DNA of 64,000 nt from Patescibacteria group bacterium (GCA_041659765.1 JBAZXR010000001.1:787338-851337), one strand, 5' to 3'. Shown: positions 49,554 to 60,047, numbered from the stretch's first letter. Notes: generated by a model not told the origin, from the letters alone. Made by a program: numbers and translations.

Positions 49554-50258
49554 TTAGGAAGCTGCTATTCCCGTGTACGCTGAGACAAAATGTCCAATAA
49601 CGATGCCCAAAAATGCAGCAGCCAAAGAAACAAGCACCATTTCAATACCACTGCGAACCGGTTTCACATTGGCCACGCTCGCCTTCCAGAAACCAAGCAA
49701 GAAGAGAGCAACGATGGTAACTAAAATCGCTGATGGCAAAGCATAAATGATTGGCAGGAAGATGTACGGTGACAACACGAGTAAACCGCCGAACACATAA
49801 CAGATGCCCATAATAAACCCTGCAAAAAGCGGTGTACCGGAAGCCGAGGGAGAAAGCCTGAACTCAGAACGATGAGCTTCATCAAGCCAGAGCCTCCGTT
49901 CTCGACCTATAGCCTTAAGGGCAATCCCCATTTCGACTTTAGAAAACCCTTTTCGGATGAAAAAATCACGCAGAGACTCAGTATCCGTTACTCGTTCAGA
50001 CAGAACTCGAGCCTCATCCTGTTTAAATCGCTCGGTATAAACTTCAGTGGCTGCTTTTGAAGACAAGTAGCTGCCGGCCGCCATGGAAATTGCTTCAACC
50101 CCCACCAACACAAACCCGGAAAGAAGTACGATCGATGAATTTCCGCTGCCAACGGCAATGCCCGAAACCGCCCCCATAGTAGAAACAAAACTATCTTCAA
50201 GGCCGAAAACGACCTCGCGGACACTACCCGAAAGTATTTCCCCCAATCTAGAGCCCAT
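49554..50258 (-). CDS. VIT1/CCC1 family iron transporter
   Basis: REVVFGLED..VST.G, SMAAGSYLS. Confidence 0.9.
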   Translation of the reverse strand: MGSRLGEILSGSVREVVFGLEDSFVSTMGAVSGIAVGSGNSSIVLLSGFVLVGVEAISMAAGSYLSSKAATEVYTERFKQDEARVLSERVTDTESLRDFFIRKGFSKVEMGIALKAIGRERRLWLDEAHRSEFRLSPSASGTPLFAGFIMGICYVFGGLLVLSPYIFLPIIYALPSAILVTIVALFLLGFWKASVANVKPVRSGIEMVLVSLAAAFLGIVIGHFVSAYTGIAAS

Positions 50259-50354
50259 ATAGGAAGCAGTATACCTGAAGAGCAGTGGGTTAATGAGTAG
50301 GTTAATGTGTGGGTTGTGGCGTAGACCAGGCCTTCGTGCTAAACTCTCATTAAT

Positions 50355-50765
50355 ATGCACATCAGCGACCATTACACGCCTTTTGAAAAGAAAACCTTGA
50401 TCGTCGTGACAAATAACGAAAAGGCTCGCCTCTTCAAGGCTGAAGACCGAGACGTTGAGGAGATTGAATTAGTGAGTTCGCCTGAAACAGCCGAAACCGA
50501 CCGCGTCACTGAAATTGACGTGGACTTTGACCAGATGAAGATTAACCGTTTAAAGGAGCTCTATCACGCCCTTTCTAAGCGTTTACTAGAAATGATCGAT
50601 CACGAGGGCTACGAAACCATCGTCGCCTGCGTGCCAGAGGTGAACAAAACCCATTTCGCCTCAGACATGCACACCGATGTCCTGAAACACATCAGCGAAA
50701 CCATCCCCAAGAACCTGGCTAGCATGGATATTAACAACATTGTCCGCATCCTGGTTGAGGGTTAA
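50355..50765 (+). CDS. Host-attachment/baeRF-family protein
   Basis: TLIVV....ARLF N-terminus, IPKNL C-terminus. Confidence 0.6.
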   Translation: MHISDHYTPFEKKTLIVVTNNEKARLFKAEDRDVEEIELVSSPETAETDRVTEIDVDFDQMKINRLKELYHALSKRLLEMIDHEGYETIVACVPEVNKTHFASDMHTDVLKHISETIPKNLASMDINNIVRILVEG

Positions 50766-50801
50766 ACAAAAAAGACCTTCGAGAAACCTCGAGGGTCTTT
50801 T

Positions 50802-52601
50802 TTATTCTGGAAGGTAACCACCGGACTGCAACCTCCATAACTTTTCGTACAATCCGCCTTCTGCGAGGAGCTCATCATGTGTGCCGAGCTCGACGACTGA
50901 GCCTTTTTCGATCACGGCAATCTGTTCGGCCATGTATACCGTCGACAACCGGTGCGCGATGATGACCGTTGTTCTGCCCTTCATGGCGGAAGTGAGTGCG
51001 GCCTGGAGTTTGGCCTCTGTTTCGGAGTCGAGGGCGCTTGTAGACTCGTCGAGGATCAAGATTGGCGCGTCGGCCAGGAAGACGCGGGCTAGAGCGAGGC
51101 GTTGGCGTTCACCACCTGATAACCGAGCTCCACGTTCGCCGACAATGGTGTCGTAGCCGTTCGTCATCCTCGTAATGAACTCATGGGCCTGGGCTTTTTT
51201 ACAGGCGGCTATCACGTCGTCCTTGCTCGCCGAAGGTTTAGCAAACTTAATGTTCTCGAGAATTGATTCGTTGAACATGACGGTGTCCTGATGCACAACA
51301 CCGACTGACCGGCGGAGCTCGTCTATGTCTGCGTCCTTTACATTTACACCGTCCAAGAACAACGCGCCGGACGTTGGATCTAGGAAACGGTTAATCATGC
51401 GCACCAACGTACTCTTGCCGCCGCCGGACGGGCCGACAATGGCCAAGCTGGTCCCCGCTTTAACATGAAGCGAGACATTCGACAGTACGTCAGTGTTCGA
51501 GCCTTTGTAACGGTAGGATATTTTATCGAAAACTAACTCGCCTTTTGGTTCTTTGAGGTGAATTGGGCGAGCAATCTCGGCCACTTTACGTTCTGCGTAC
51601 CAATCATCTTGTAGGCGAGCAAAGGCGTTCTTTGTTTCGCTCGTGCGGCGCAGAATGTCAGCCAACAAGTAATCGAACGGCGCCAAGATGTACGTCATCA
51701 TGCCGAGAAACGCAACAAGAACGCCGAGTGAAAGCGAGCCCTCCGAAATAAATAAAATACCTGCACCGAGGGTTAAAAAGCGCGCTACAAAACGCGTCGC
51801 CGAGTTCAAAAAGTCGAGCGTTGTCCAAACGGTGTTAAGGCGAGTCTGTCTGACAAGGCCGACGTCGATCAGCGTAGCGTACTCGCGCAACATGCGTTTT
51901 TCTGCGACAAACGATTTAATCGGCACAATGTTCGCGACGATTTCATAAAGCTTACGAGACACATCCTCCCAAGCTTCATTCAATTGCTCTTGCCGCTTAT
52001 CCGCCCACCGATATGCGAAGATCGTCAGCGCGAGGAGAACGGGAACTGTCGCCAGTGAGATCAATGTCATGCGCCAGTCGAGAACGAGGCCGACGACAAA
52101 AAAGACGACGAACGTGACGAGCGTCGGCACAATGTCGACAACTGCGCGGGCTGCAATTTCCCATGAGGCTTCGCCGGCCCTGTCGAGCCGCTTTGCGAGC
52201 GCGCCCAGGGACACTCGTCCAAAACGTTCCGGGTCCCAATCGAGAATCCGTTTCAGCGCTACGTGCGAGAACTGATCCCACACTTTATTACCGGCTTTAT
52301 AGCTCAGCCACTGGCTAAACTCTTTTGCTGCCGCACCAAGAATGGCGGCGCCACCCCAAAGGAAGACAACGATAATGAGGCTCTCAAAAAGGCGTTCTGG
52401 TAGAACATTAGTCTGCCCAGAGAGAGAGCCAACTATCCCGTCCACGATCATTCCGTAAAGTAGGGGCTCTGCTACCTGGCCGATTGCCGCCAAAAGAATG
52501 AAAAACAAAATGCCGACGTAAAAACCGCCGGTCCCTCGGAACGAACCGCGGAGCATGCCCCACGCCTCCCTCCAGCCGAATTTTTCCTCCTTATTAGCCA
52601 T
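50802..52601 (-). CDS. ABC exporter, fused permease/ATPase
   Basis: GPSGGGKS, LSGGERQR, ILDESTSALD, IAHRL. Confidence 0.95.
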   Translation of the reverse strand: MANKEEKFGWREAWGMLRGSFRGTGGFYVGILFFILLAAIGQVAEPLLYGMIVDGIVGSLSGQTNVLPERLFESLIIVVFLWGGAAILGAAAKEFSQWLSYKAGNKVWDQFSHVALKRILDWDPERFGRVSLGALAKRLDRAGEASWEIAARAVVDIVPTLVTFVVFFVVGLVLDWRMTLISLATVPVLLALTIFAYRWADKRQEQLNEAWEDVSRKLYEIVANIVPIKSFVAEKRMLREYATLIDVGLVRQTRLNTVWTTLDFLNSATRFVARFLTLGAGILFISEGSLSLGVLVAFLGMMTYILAPFDYLLADILRRTSETKNAFARLQDDWYAERKVAEIARPIHLKEPKGELVFDKISYRYKGSNTDVLSNVSLHVKAGTSLAIVGPSGGGKSTLVRMINRFLDPTSGALFLDGVNVKDADIDELRRSVGVVHQDTVMFNESILENIKFAKPSASKDDVIAACKKAQAHEFITRMTNGYDTIVGERGARLSGGERQRLALARVFLADAPILILDESTSALDSETEAKLQAALTSAMKGRTTVIIAHRLSTVYMAEQIAVIEKGSVVELGTHDELLAEGGLYEKLWRLQSGGYLPE

Positions 52602-52648
52602 TACGGTTGAATTATAGCGCACTATCTGTTACATTTCTTGGCGTTCAC

Positions 52649-52724
52649 GGCCGCGTGGCGAAGTGGTTAACGCGGGAGTCTGCAAAACTCTTATGCGCCG
52701 GTTCAACCCCGGCCGCGGCCTCCA
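52649..52724 (+). tRNA. tRNA-Cys(GCA)
   Basis: GGCCGCG acceptor stem, GGAGT-CTGCAAA-ACTCT anticodon arm, TCCA end. Confidence 0.93.
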
Positions 52725-52908
52725 CATATCCCCCAAATTTGGGGGTTTTGTGTTTTTACGTTACAACCGCGTACTTCACCTCGGAAGACGCGGCGACGAC
52801 GGAGCTAGAAAAGACCATCACGTACATGATCGCCGCACCAATCAAAGATGCTCCGAACTGACAGGCGAGCGAACACAAAAGGAGCCGCGACGCGCGCGGC
52901 TCCTTCTT

Positions 52909-53457
52909 TTATTTCACCTCAACCGTTGGTAAATCTGTATAGTGAGTTACAACCTTCGCGGATTTGATGATGGATTCAACATCCTGCGCGTCGCCTCCGT
53001 AGCTGAATGTGAAGTTGCCCTTTTCTGTCTCTAGATAATAGGTGTAGTTACCCTGATTACCAATCTGACATTCTCCGCCTGCCTCGCAAAGCTTAACACG
53101 AGAGAGACCGTTCTTCAGATCCTCGCGTTCTTTGGGCAGTGTCCGGTGAGAATCGAGCTGGGAAGCGCTGATCAGCGTGCCCTCAGTGACTGATCCCTCA
53201 GCGCACGGTCCGCCAGAGGTGAAACAGATCGGCTTATCAGTGCTCTGCAGATACACCTCTGTGTCATTCCGACGAACAGCCTCATTCACTGGCTTGATCT
53301 TGCCTTCTCCAGAGGCTTCATATGGGGTAACCATGACCCAACCCTTGGGAAGGTCAAAGGCCAACTGCCACTTGCCGTCAACGGGTTTGTTCGCGATTGG
53401 CAGACAACCAGCACCGACCAAGAGAAGACCGAGGAAACCAACAAGTATTTTTTTCAT
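52909..53457 (-). CDS. Hypothetical lipoprotein
   Basis: LLVGAGC lipobox. Confidence 0.75.
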   Translation of the reverse strand: MKKILVGFLGLLLVGAGCLPIANKPVDGKWQLAFDLPKGWVMVTPYEASGEGKIKPVNEAVRRNDTEVYLQSTDKPICFTSGGPCAEGSVTEGTLISASQLDSHRTLPKEREDLKNGLSRVKLCEAGGECQIGNQGNYTYYLETEKGNFTFSYGGDAQDVESIIKSAKVVTHYTDLPTVEVK

Positions 53458-53470
53458 ATATTTGTATTTG

Positions 53471-53545
53471 CATCCACTCTGAGCCTTGCGAAGAGTCCGA
53501 CCCTCAGAGGAGAAAGTCGGATCCTTCGCTCTCGCTCAGGATGGG
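53471..53545. repeat. Degenerate palindromic repeat family A
   Basis: CTGAGCCTTGCGAAGAGTCC...GGATCCTTCGCTCTCGCTCAGGATG. Confidence 0.65.
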
Positions 53546-53557
53546 AACAGAAATGTT

Positions 53558-56419
53558 TTAGGGAATAATCACTGCCGACACGGGATCTCGTACGTAGACC
53601 TTCACGGGGGTGGATTCGAGCACCTGGCCGGTAGTGCTCGTGGCTTCAGCCTCCAGAGTGTAGTCGCCGGCTGAGGGTAATGTCCAGCTGATTGAAGAGA
53701 TGGAAGGGGGTGATGAAATCGCCCCGACTGGAACCGTGGTTCCAGTCAACAAGTTTCGAGCGGTCAAGGTCAGGCTTGAGTAATCGCTAGCATGAGGAAC
53801 CTCAACAATCACGGCGTAGGTGGGCGCGGAACGTTCAATCGTTTGTCCGTTAAACGGGTTAGTGATCGTGAAAGATCCCTGACTACCTGCCTCTAGAACA
53901 TTGATGATGGCGGTCGCCGTGGCGTTATTGTCTACGTCGTCATACACCGTGGCGGCAAACGAGTGACCGCCCTGCTTGACCCAACCCGGGAGCGTGATCG
54001 AAGCTCCGTTAGTTGAAAACGAGGTAGCAATATAGACGCCGTCAACCGTATATTCAACCCGGGAGAATGATCGATGAATCTCTACGGCGATCAGAGTATT
54101 GAACGTTCGGCCAAGCGCCAGATCATTTACCGGTGACATCATGGAAATGGCCGGCTTATTAGCGAGCGTATGCACGTCGTCGAGCTCGGTCGGCGCGGTG
54201 CAATTTTCCAGCGGTTTCTCGCCGTCCTTTAGTTTTGCATTATGGCGCGTTATGTAGTCGAGGAGATTTGCTTCCCAAACTTTATAGTTTGGATCATTTT
54301 CTGGGCGCTCGGGGATTGGGTCGGTTGGATGATCCTTGTCTACATAATGCAGGATGTCATGATAAGTTCCACAAATAACTTCTTTTCGGAAACGATCTGG
54401 TGTGAGCTCGGTGGCGAGCTTGCCGCTTGAAGTATCGATTGTCACTGGCGTACCAGTCATCTTGCCATCAAGCACATCTTTGCCCGTCTGCGGAATATCT
54501 GCCTTCGGGAAGCCCTCAACCGGCGTCCCGTTAAGCGCTGACTTCATGTACTGGTTCCAAATTGGCGCGGCGATCTGCGAGCCATCTGCCCGTTTCATCT
54601 TCGTGCCGTCAGCATTACCCACCCAAACGCCAGCTACAAGGGACGGCGTATAGCCCATGGTCCAGGCATCTTTATACTCATTGGTCGTTCCCGTTTTAGC
54701 GGCCACTGCACGCCCAGGCACAACTAGCCAATTATTTGAGCCAAAAACGTAAGAGCGAGCCTCGTTATCAGACAACACATTGCTCATAATCGCGGCCAGG
54801 TTTGAATCTATCACTCGTTCCCCCTGGTGCTCTTCGTCCTTCCATTCTTCGAGGACTGAACCATCAGCGTTTTCGACGCGAAGAATACCGGTCGGTTCAT
54901 GATACGTTCCACCGTTAGCAAACACTCCGTACGCAGCCGCGTGATCGATCAGTTTCACCTCGGCGCCACCGAGCACCATGGACAGACCAATCTTAGACGG
55001 ATCATTGAGCGTAGAGTAACCCAGACGCTTAGCAAAGCGTACAGCGTTGTCTATGCCTACCAAGTACAGTGTTTTCACCGCCGGAATGTTGAGCGAGCCC
55101 TGCAACGCCTTACGCATGGACACGGAACCGTGTTCGCCAAGGTCATAGTTCTTCGGCGAATACGGACCAGTTGGTGTAGCAAATGTGGTGTTGTCATCCC
55201 ACAAAAGCGTATTTGGCGTGTAGCCCTTCTCAAAGGCGGCCGCATAAATAATCGGCTTCATGCTAGAACCCGGCTGAAGTGGCTGAATGGTCACGTTTAC
55301 CTGTCCATCAATCTCGTTATTTGAGTAGTCCGGTGAACCAACCATGGCTAAAATCTGTCCGGTCTTTGGATCTAGAGAAAGCAAACCAGCGTCGGTAAAG
55401 TTATAGAGCTTACCGTTCTTCTCCACGCCGTCAGTCACAGCCTTTTCCGCTAACACCTCTTTGTCATAATCAAGAGTGGTGATGACCTTCAAGCCGCCGG
55501 TTTCTACCAGCTTTGTAGAATACTTATCTTCAAGGATACCCTTCACCCACAAAACAAAGTGCGGACCGACGCTAAGATTCGTCACCTTGGTCGTCAAAGT
55601 AGTGTCCTCTTTTAGAGCCACATCGGTTTCTTCGCGCGTCGCATAACCCAAGTCCACCATGCCATTTAATATCCAGTCGCGGCGCTCTTTTAGCAGGTCT
55701 GGGTTGTTAACGTAGGTGGTCGGCCGCTGAGGAATGGCGGCAAGCGTAGCGCTTTCTGCCAAGGTTAAGTCCTTAGCCGACTTACTAAAATACTGCTCGG
55801 CCGCTGCCTCAATGCCATAGTTCGCGGAACCATAAGCAATTTCATTCAGATACATCTGCAAAATCTGATCCTTGGAATAAATTTGTTCCAAGGCAACGGA
55901 TAAGATCAACTCCTTGAGCTTACGGATCAAACTCCGTTCATTCGTCAAAATAGCATTTTTCACCAGCTGTTGAGTGATGGTAGACCCACCGCCGCGCTGA
56001 CCAGCAAATAACACCGCGCGAGCAGTTCCTTTTAATGTAAATCCATGATGGGTATAAAACGCGCGATCTTCAGCGGCAATAGTCGCGTTCTTAACATAAT
56101 CCGGAATTTCGTCCAGTGTCACCAACGTGCGTTTACCGTTTAAAGCAATTTGATAGAGCAGGTGCGTGCCGGTTCGGTCATAAATCTTGGTCGATTGGGA
56201 GATATCCCTGTTAGCTAGCCCGTTTGGGTTAGGCAAATCCTTGGCATACCACGCGAACGTTCCAGCAATTACGATTATAAAAAATAAACAAAACGCTAAA
56301 GATGCTAAAAATACGTTCTTCAAGAGAGCCTTTTTATTTGTGTTGCGCCAAAGCTTCTTTAAGCGTTCGGGAACAGCTTTCAAACCTCTTTTAAGCTGTC
56401 CCTGGATAAATTTCTGCAT
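53558..56419 (-). CDS. Class A penicillin-binding protein (PBP1A) with C-terminal Ig-like domains
   Basis: EDRAFY.H.G, GGSTITQQLVKN, QPGSSMKP, SLN, KTGT. Confidence 0.95.
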   Translation of the reverse strand: MQKFIQGQLKRGLKAVPERLKKLWRNTNKKALLKNVFLASLAFCLFFIIVIAGTFAWYAKDLPNPNGLANRDISQSTKIYDRTGTHLLYQIALNGKRTLVTLDEIPDYVKNATIAAEDRAFYTHHGFTLKGTARAVLFAGQRGGGSTITQQLVKNAILTNERSLIRKLKELILSVALEQIYSKDQILQMYLNEIAYGSANYGIEAAAEQYFSKSAKDLTLAESATLAAIPQRPTTYVNNPDLLKERRDWILNGMVDLGYATREETDVALKEDTTLTTKVTNLSVGPHFVLWVKGILEDKYSTKLVETGGLKVITTLDYDKEVLAEKAVTDGVEKNGKLYNFTDAGLLSLDPKTGQILAMVGSPDYSNNEIDGQVNVTIQPLQPGSSMKPIIYAAAFEKGYTPNTLLWDDNTTFATPTGPYSPKNYDLGEHGSVSMRKALQGSLNIPAVKTLYLVGIDNAVRFAKRLGYSTLNDPSKIGLSMVLGGAEVKLIDHAAAYGVFANGGTYHEPTGILRVENADGSVLEEWKDEEHQGERVIDSNLAAIMSNVLSDNEARSYVFGSNNWLVVPGRAVAAKTGTTNEYKDAWTMGYTPSLVAGVWVGNADGTKMKRADGSQIAAPIWNQYMKSALNGTPVEGFPKADIPQTGKDVLDGKMTGTPVTIDTSSGKLATELTPDRFRKEVICGTYHDILHYVDKDHPTDPIPERPENDPNYKVWEANLLDYITRHNAKLKDGEKPLENCTAPTELDDVHTLANKPAISMMSPVNDLALGRTFNTLIAVEIHRSFSRVEYTVDGVYIATSFSTNGASITLPGWVKQGGHSFAATVYDDVDNNATATAIINVLEAGSQGSFTITNPFNGQTIERSAPTYAVIVEVPHASDYSSLTLTARNLLTGTTVPVGAISSPPSISSISWTLPSAGDYTLEAEATSTTGQVLESTPVKVYVRDPVSAVIIP

Positions 56420-56521
56420 AAAAAAAAGCTCTTGCCGAGCATCATACCTGAGCGATAGTTTTTCGACAAAGTGTTCTGTTTAAACTTTGGCTAGGGTTAG
56501 CCATAAAAGTGCCATTTTTGC

Positions 56522-56550
56522 TTGACAAAAAGGCCATTTTCTGCTATACT
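56522..56550 (+). promoter_or_regulatory. sigma70 promoter (near-leaderless transcript)
   Basis: TTGACA-N17-TATACT; ATG 9 nt after the -10. Confidence 0.75.
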
Positions 56551-56559
56551 AGACCTCTT

Positions 56560-57084
56560 ATGATCAACACTCTCCGCCACATTCCTATCTACCTTAAGGC
56601 TTCCCCGGTTGAATCCGGTGTAGTAGCTGTTATGATCTTGGCGCTTGGCTATTTTGCCCTCCCCTTGAACGTAGACGCTACCACTAACCTTGGTATCAAT
56701 GCGGATAAAACCGTTGCCCTTCAGGTGGCTGCTATGCAGAACCAGACGAAGAATTTTGGTGCCTTGCCTGAAAACAAGGACCGTGACGGTGTTTCGGTGC
56801 GTTATATGCAGGTTTCTGCATACACGTCCCGTGTTGAGGAGTGTGATTCTACCCCGTTTATCACAGCGTCCCAGACGCATGTGCGTGACGGCGTAGTTGC
56901 CACCAACCAGCTCCCGTTTGGTACGCGTATCAAAATGCCGGAAATCTACGGCGACAAGGTCTTCATCGTTGAGGACCGTATGAATACGCGCTACAAGAAC
57001 AATATGGACATCTGGATGGATGATCTCGCTACTGCGCGCCATTTTGGCCGCAAGACGGTAAAGATCGTCGTCTTCAAGAAATAA
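56560..57084 (+). CDS. 3D-domain (lytic transglycosylase-like) protein
   Basis: SAYTS...CD.TPFITAS, LPFGT, VEDRMN, DIW. Confidence 0.88.
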   Translation: MINTLRHIPIYLKASPVESGVVAVMILALGYFALPLNVDATTNLGINADKTVALQVAAMQNQTKNFGALPENKDRDGVSVRYMQVSAYTSRVEECDSTPFITASQTHVRDGVVATNQLPFGTRIKMPEIYGDKVFIVEDRMNTRYKNNMDIWMDDLATARHFGRKTVKIVVFKK

Positions 57085-57086
57085 CA

Positions 57087-57118
57087 GAAAAGACTCCCGA
57101 TTTCTCGGGAGTCTTTTC
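57087..57118. terminator. Bidirectional terminator
   Basis: GAAAAGACTCCCGA-TTTC-TCGGGAGTCTTTTC. Confidence 0.8.
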
Positions 57119-57120
57119 AT

Positions 57121-58254
57121 TTACTGGCGGATCGGCATCACGATATACAAGTATTTCTCATCAGCTTGTTCATGTGGGACGAGGAGACAGGGGTTTGTGG
57201 CATCGATAATTTTTACGATTACCTTCTCGCTCGTCATGGCGTTGATACCGTCGAGCAAATAACGGAAGTTCAGCGTCACCGAGTTATCGATTCCCGTCAC
57301 GTCGCCTTCGACCGCAACGGTATGGTCGCCGCGGCCAGCATCTGTAGCCGAGAGAACGATCTCATTCACGCCCGCCTTTACTTCAAGCTTCACGTCGAAC
57401 AATCCCGCTTTCGAGAAAAGACTGGCGCGCTTTACGGCCTGGCCAAAAACAGTCTTGTTTACAATGATTTCCGTAGCGCTTGTCTTGGGGATAATCTGTC
57501 GATAATCGGGATAAACTCCGTCGATCGTCCGTGAAGAAAGTTCGACTGACCCGTAACGGAAAGCAACCTGGTTGTCAGTGATCTCGATCTCGAGTGTTTC
57601 TGGGATTTCGACCGCGTCGCGAAGGACACCGAAGATTCTGCGTAGCTCGGCCAATGTTCTGCTGGGGACAACTACCTTTCTTTCCCCCATGATATCCCCA
57701 GTTAAGGCAATCTGGCGCTCGCCGAGGCGGTAAGAGTCAGTCGCGGCAATTGTCAGCAGCTTTTTGTTGCCATCGAACTCCAAATAACATCCAGTAAGTA
57801 CCTGGCGAGCCTCGCTTGTCGACACCGAAAACAGGGTCTGTGCGAGTGCAGCATCAAAAGGAGCAACAGGAACAGTGAATTTTACCCCGCCGGTTACCTG
57901 AGGTACCAACGGAAACTCGCTTGGAGCTAAACCGTTGATCTTGGTCTTGGATGAACCACAAACAACAAGCAAAGAGGTGTCGAGCAGGTCGAGATCGACC
58001 CGTTCGTCCGGAAGTAATGAAACGTAATCTGCGATAAGTTTAGCGGGAACGGTGTATTCACCTGCTTGGTCGACCTTACTACGAACGGTACAGATCACCG
58101 TCATGTCGAGGTTTGTGGCCGTCAGCTTGAGTCCAGCCACTTCTGCCCTTAAGAGCACGTTATTCAAAATGGGAAGGTTCGCGCTCTTCCCGCTAATGTG
58201 ACTCACGATGGTCAGTCCCTGGTGGATGTTTTCTTTTGTACAGGAGAGTTTCAC
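57121..58254 (-). CDS. dnaN: DNA polymerase III beta clamp
   Basis: LPILNNVLL, ATDSYRL, YPDYRQIIP, IVMPIRQ; GTG start. Confidence 0.97.
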   Translation of the reverse strand: MKLSCTKENIHQGLTIVSHISGKSANLPILNNVLLRAEVAGLKLTATNLDMTVICTVRSKVDQAGEYTVPAKLIADYVSLLPDERVDLDLLDTSLLVVCGSSKTKINGLAPSEFPLVPQVTGGVKFTVPVAPFDAALAQTLFSVSTSEARQVLTGCYLEFDGNKKLLTIAATDSYRLGERQIALTGDIMGERKVVVPSRTLAELRRIFGVLRDAVEIPETLEIEITDNQVAFRYGSVELSSRTIDGVYPDYRQIIPKTSATEIIVNKTVFGQAVKRASLFSKAGLFDVKLEVKAGVNEIVLSATDAGRGDHTVAVEGDVTGIDNSVTLNFRYLLDGINAMTSEKVIVKIIDATNPCLLVPHEQADEKYLYIVMPIRQ

Positions 58255-58261
58255 AGGTGCT

Positions 58262-58502
58262 TCTGATATTTATATATAAGATAACTAGTAGTAACAGTGA
58301 GTCTGTGGATGAAGTGGATAACGCTTGTTGTCCCCGTCCCATTTGAGTTCCTGACGATTTCACCTGTGTGAAAAGTCTGTGAACAGCTGTGAGGACGTTT
58401 GGGATAACTGGCAGTAGTCTACACCATTTAACTCTGTCCCCGTTTTATCCGCAATCCTATCCCCAGACTTATCCATCCCCATATCAACAGACTTATCCAC
58501 AT
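58262..58502. other. oriC (dnaA-dnaN intergenic part): DnaA boxes, DnaA-trios, AT-rich DUE
   Basis: Minus strand TTATCCACT-TCATCCACA-GACTC-ACTGTTACTACTAG-TTATCTTATATATAAATAT; further boxes including TTATCCACA at about 58493. Confidence 0.85.
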
Positions 58503-58526
58503 TATGTGCACCTCGGGTGGTCGAAA

Positions 58527-58601
58527 TCATCCTGAGGAGCTCTTAGCGACGAAGGATCTGATTGGTTGACCATTCAGATTCTTCGCTACGCTCAGAATGA
58601 C
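58527..58601. repeat. Palindromic repeat family A, between the dnaA stop and oriC
   Basis: Near-identical to 32854-32928. Confidence 0.85.
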
Positions 58602-58609
58602 TCAACGAA

Positions 58610-60013
58610 TTACGCTCCCGTGTACATCTTCTGCTTGATGAGTTCCAGGTCTTTCTGAAGTTTCTCGTCAGAATCAATGAGATTCTTAATCTTTGAGTGC
58701 GCGTGCATAGCGGTAGTGTGATCTCGGCCGCCAAGCTCAGCGCCAATAGTAGGATAGGAGCTCTTCATTTCTTCGCGGAGCAGGAACATGATGATTTGGC
58801 GTGGGAAAGCCAGGCGTTTCTCACGGCTCTTACCGAGAACGTCCTCGATCTGAATATCGAAATACGCTGCAACGACGATAATAACTTGGCGAGGAGTCAC
58901 GGTTTTCTTCACATTTTCGGATTCGAAGCTTGAGATAATCGGTTTGATGGTATCGAGCGTCGCTTCCATGTTCCTAAACTGGTGAACGGCGATGATTTTA
59001 TTCAAAGCGCCCTCAAGTTCGCGAACATTCGAGAAAACGGTCGAAGCCACATACTGAAGAACGTCCTTTGTTAGTGGGAACGCCTTTTCAATACACTTCT
59101 TTTCGAGAATCGCGATCCGTGTTTCGAGATCGGGAGTTCCGACGTCGACCAACATTCCCCATTCGAGGCGGGACTGTAGACGCTTTTCAAGGCCAGCGAT
59201 CGATTTTGGCGGTCTATCTGACGAGATGACGATCTGTTTGTTGTCCTGATGGAGCGTATTAAAGGTATGGAAGAATTCTTCCTGCGTTCCCTCTTTGCCG
59301 GTAATGAACTGAATGTCGTCAATCAAGAGAAGGTCGACATTGCGATAGCGATCTTTGAACTCCTTACCCTTACCAGTGCGAACCGAGTGAATAAAATCAT
59401 TAGTAAAGTGCTCGCAGGTGACGTACATGATGCGTGCGCCCTGCCACTTACGACGAATCTCGTTGGCGATAGCATGCAACAAGTGAGTTTTACCGAGTCC
59501 AACACCGCCGTAAATGAAAAGCGGGTTATATGTGCCTCCTGGTTGCGAGGCGACGGCCTGGGACGCAGCGTGCGCTAGTTCGTTTTGCTTGCCGACTACG
59601 AACGTATGGAAAGAATAGGAAGGATTCACCGTAATGTTGCCCGTTGGTGGCAAACTTGGCGCTCCGCCATCTGTAGTTGTGAATCCGTAGTCCTCGGCTC
59701 CAGCAATCTTTGGTGTCACAATCTGAATTGGCTGATATGCCGCGGGTTTTGCCTCAATTCGACATTTTAAGCTCCTAATCGGGTTCGGTGTGAGGGTCTG
59801 TAAGGCTTCGAGAATCTCTTTGTTAAACTTTTTCTCTAACCAAGTTTGGGAAAGGCTATTGGGGACGCCAATAACGTACGCGCCCGGCTGGTAGTCACAA
59901 ATAAAGGTGTTCTTGAACCACGTACTAAAATGCGCTCGGCTTATCTTAAGCTCTACATGGGCAAGGACTGCTTGCCAGAGCTCATGAGTATCCATGGGAG
60001 TACCAATCTCCAT
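58610..60013 (-). CDS. dnaA: Chromosomal replication initiator DnaA
   Basis: YNPLFIYGGVGLGKTHL, LLIDDIQF, QEEFFHTFN, GGRDHTT (start may be 59995). Confidence 0.98.
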   Translation of the reverse strand: MEIGTPMDTHELWQAVLAHVELKISRAHFSTWFKNTFICDYQPGAYVIGVPNSLSQTWLEKKFNKEILEALQTLTPNPIRSLKCRIEAKPAAYQPIQIVTPKIAGAEDYGFTTTDGGAPSLPPTGNITVNPSYSFHTFVVGKQNELAHAASQAVASQPGGTYNPLFIYGGVGLGKTHLLHAIANEIRRKWQGARIMYVTCEHFTNDFIHSVRTGKGKEFKDRYRNVDLLLIDDIQFITGKEGTQEEFFHTFNTLHQDNKQIVISSDRPPKSIAGLEKRLQSRLEWGMLVDVGTPDLETRIAILEKKCIEKAFPLTKDVLQYVASTVFSNVRELEGALNKIIAVHQFRNMEATLDTIKPIISSFESENVKKTVTPRQVIIVVAAYFDIQIEDVLGKSREKRLAFPRQIIMFLLREEMKSSYPTIGAELGGRDHTTAMHAHSKIKNLIDSDEKLQKDLELIKQKMYTGA

Positions 60014-60047
60014 AGCGCGAAGCGTTTAGGAATAGACGACAAGGCGC

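Noticed and set aside
52756-52880. Possible small hydrophobic minus-strand ORF after tRNA-Cys
   Set aside because: About 40 codons or fewer, with no clear start signal or recognisable motif
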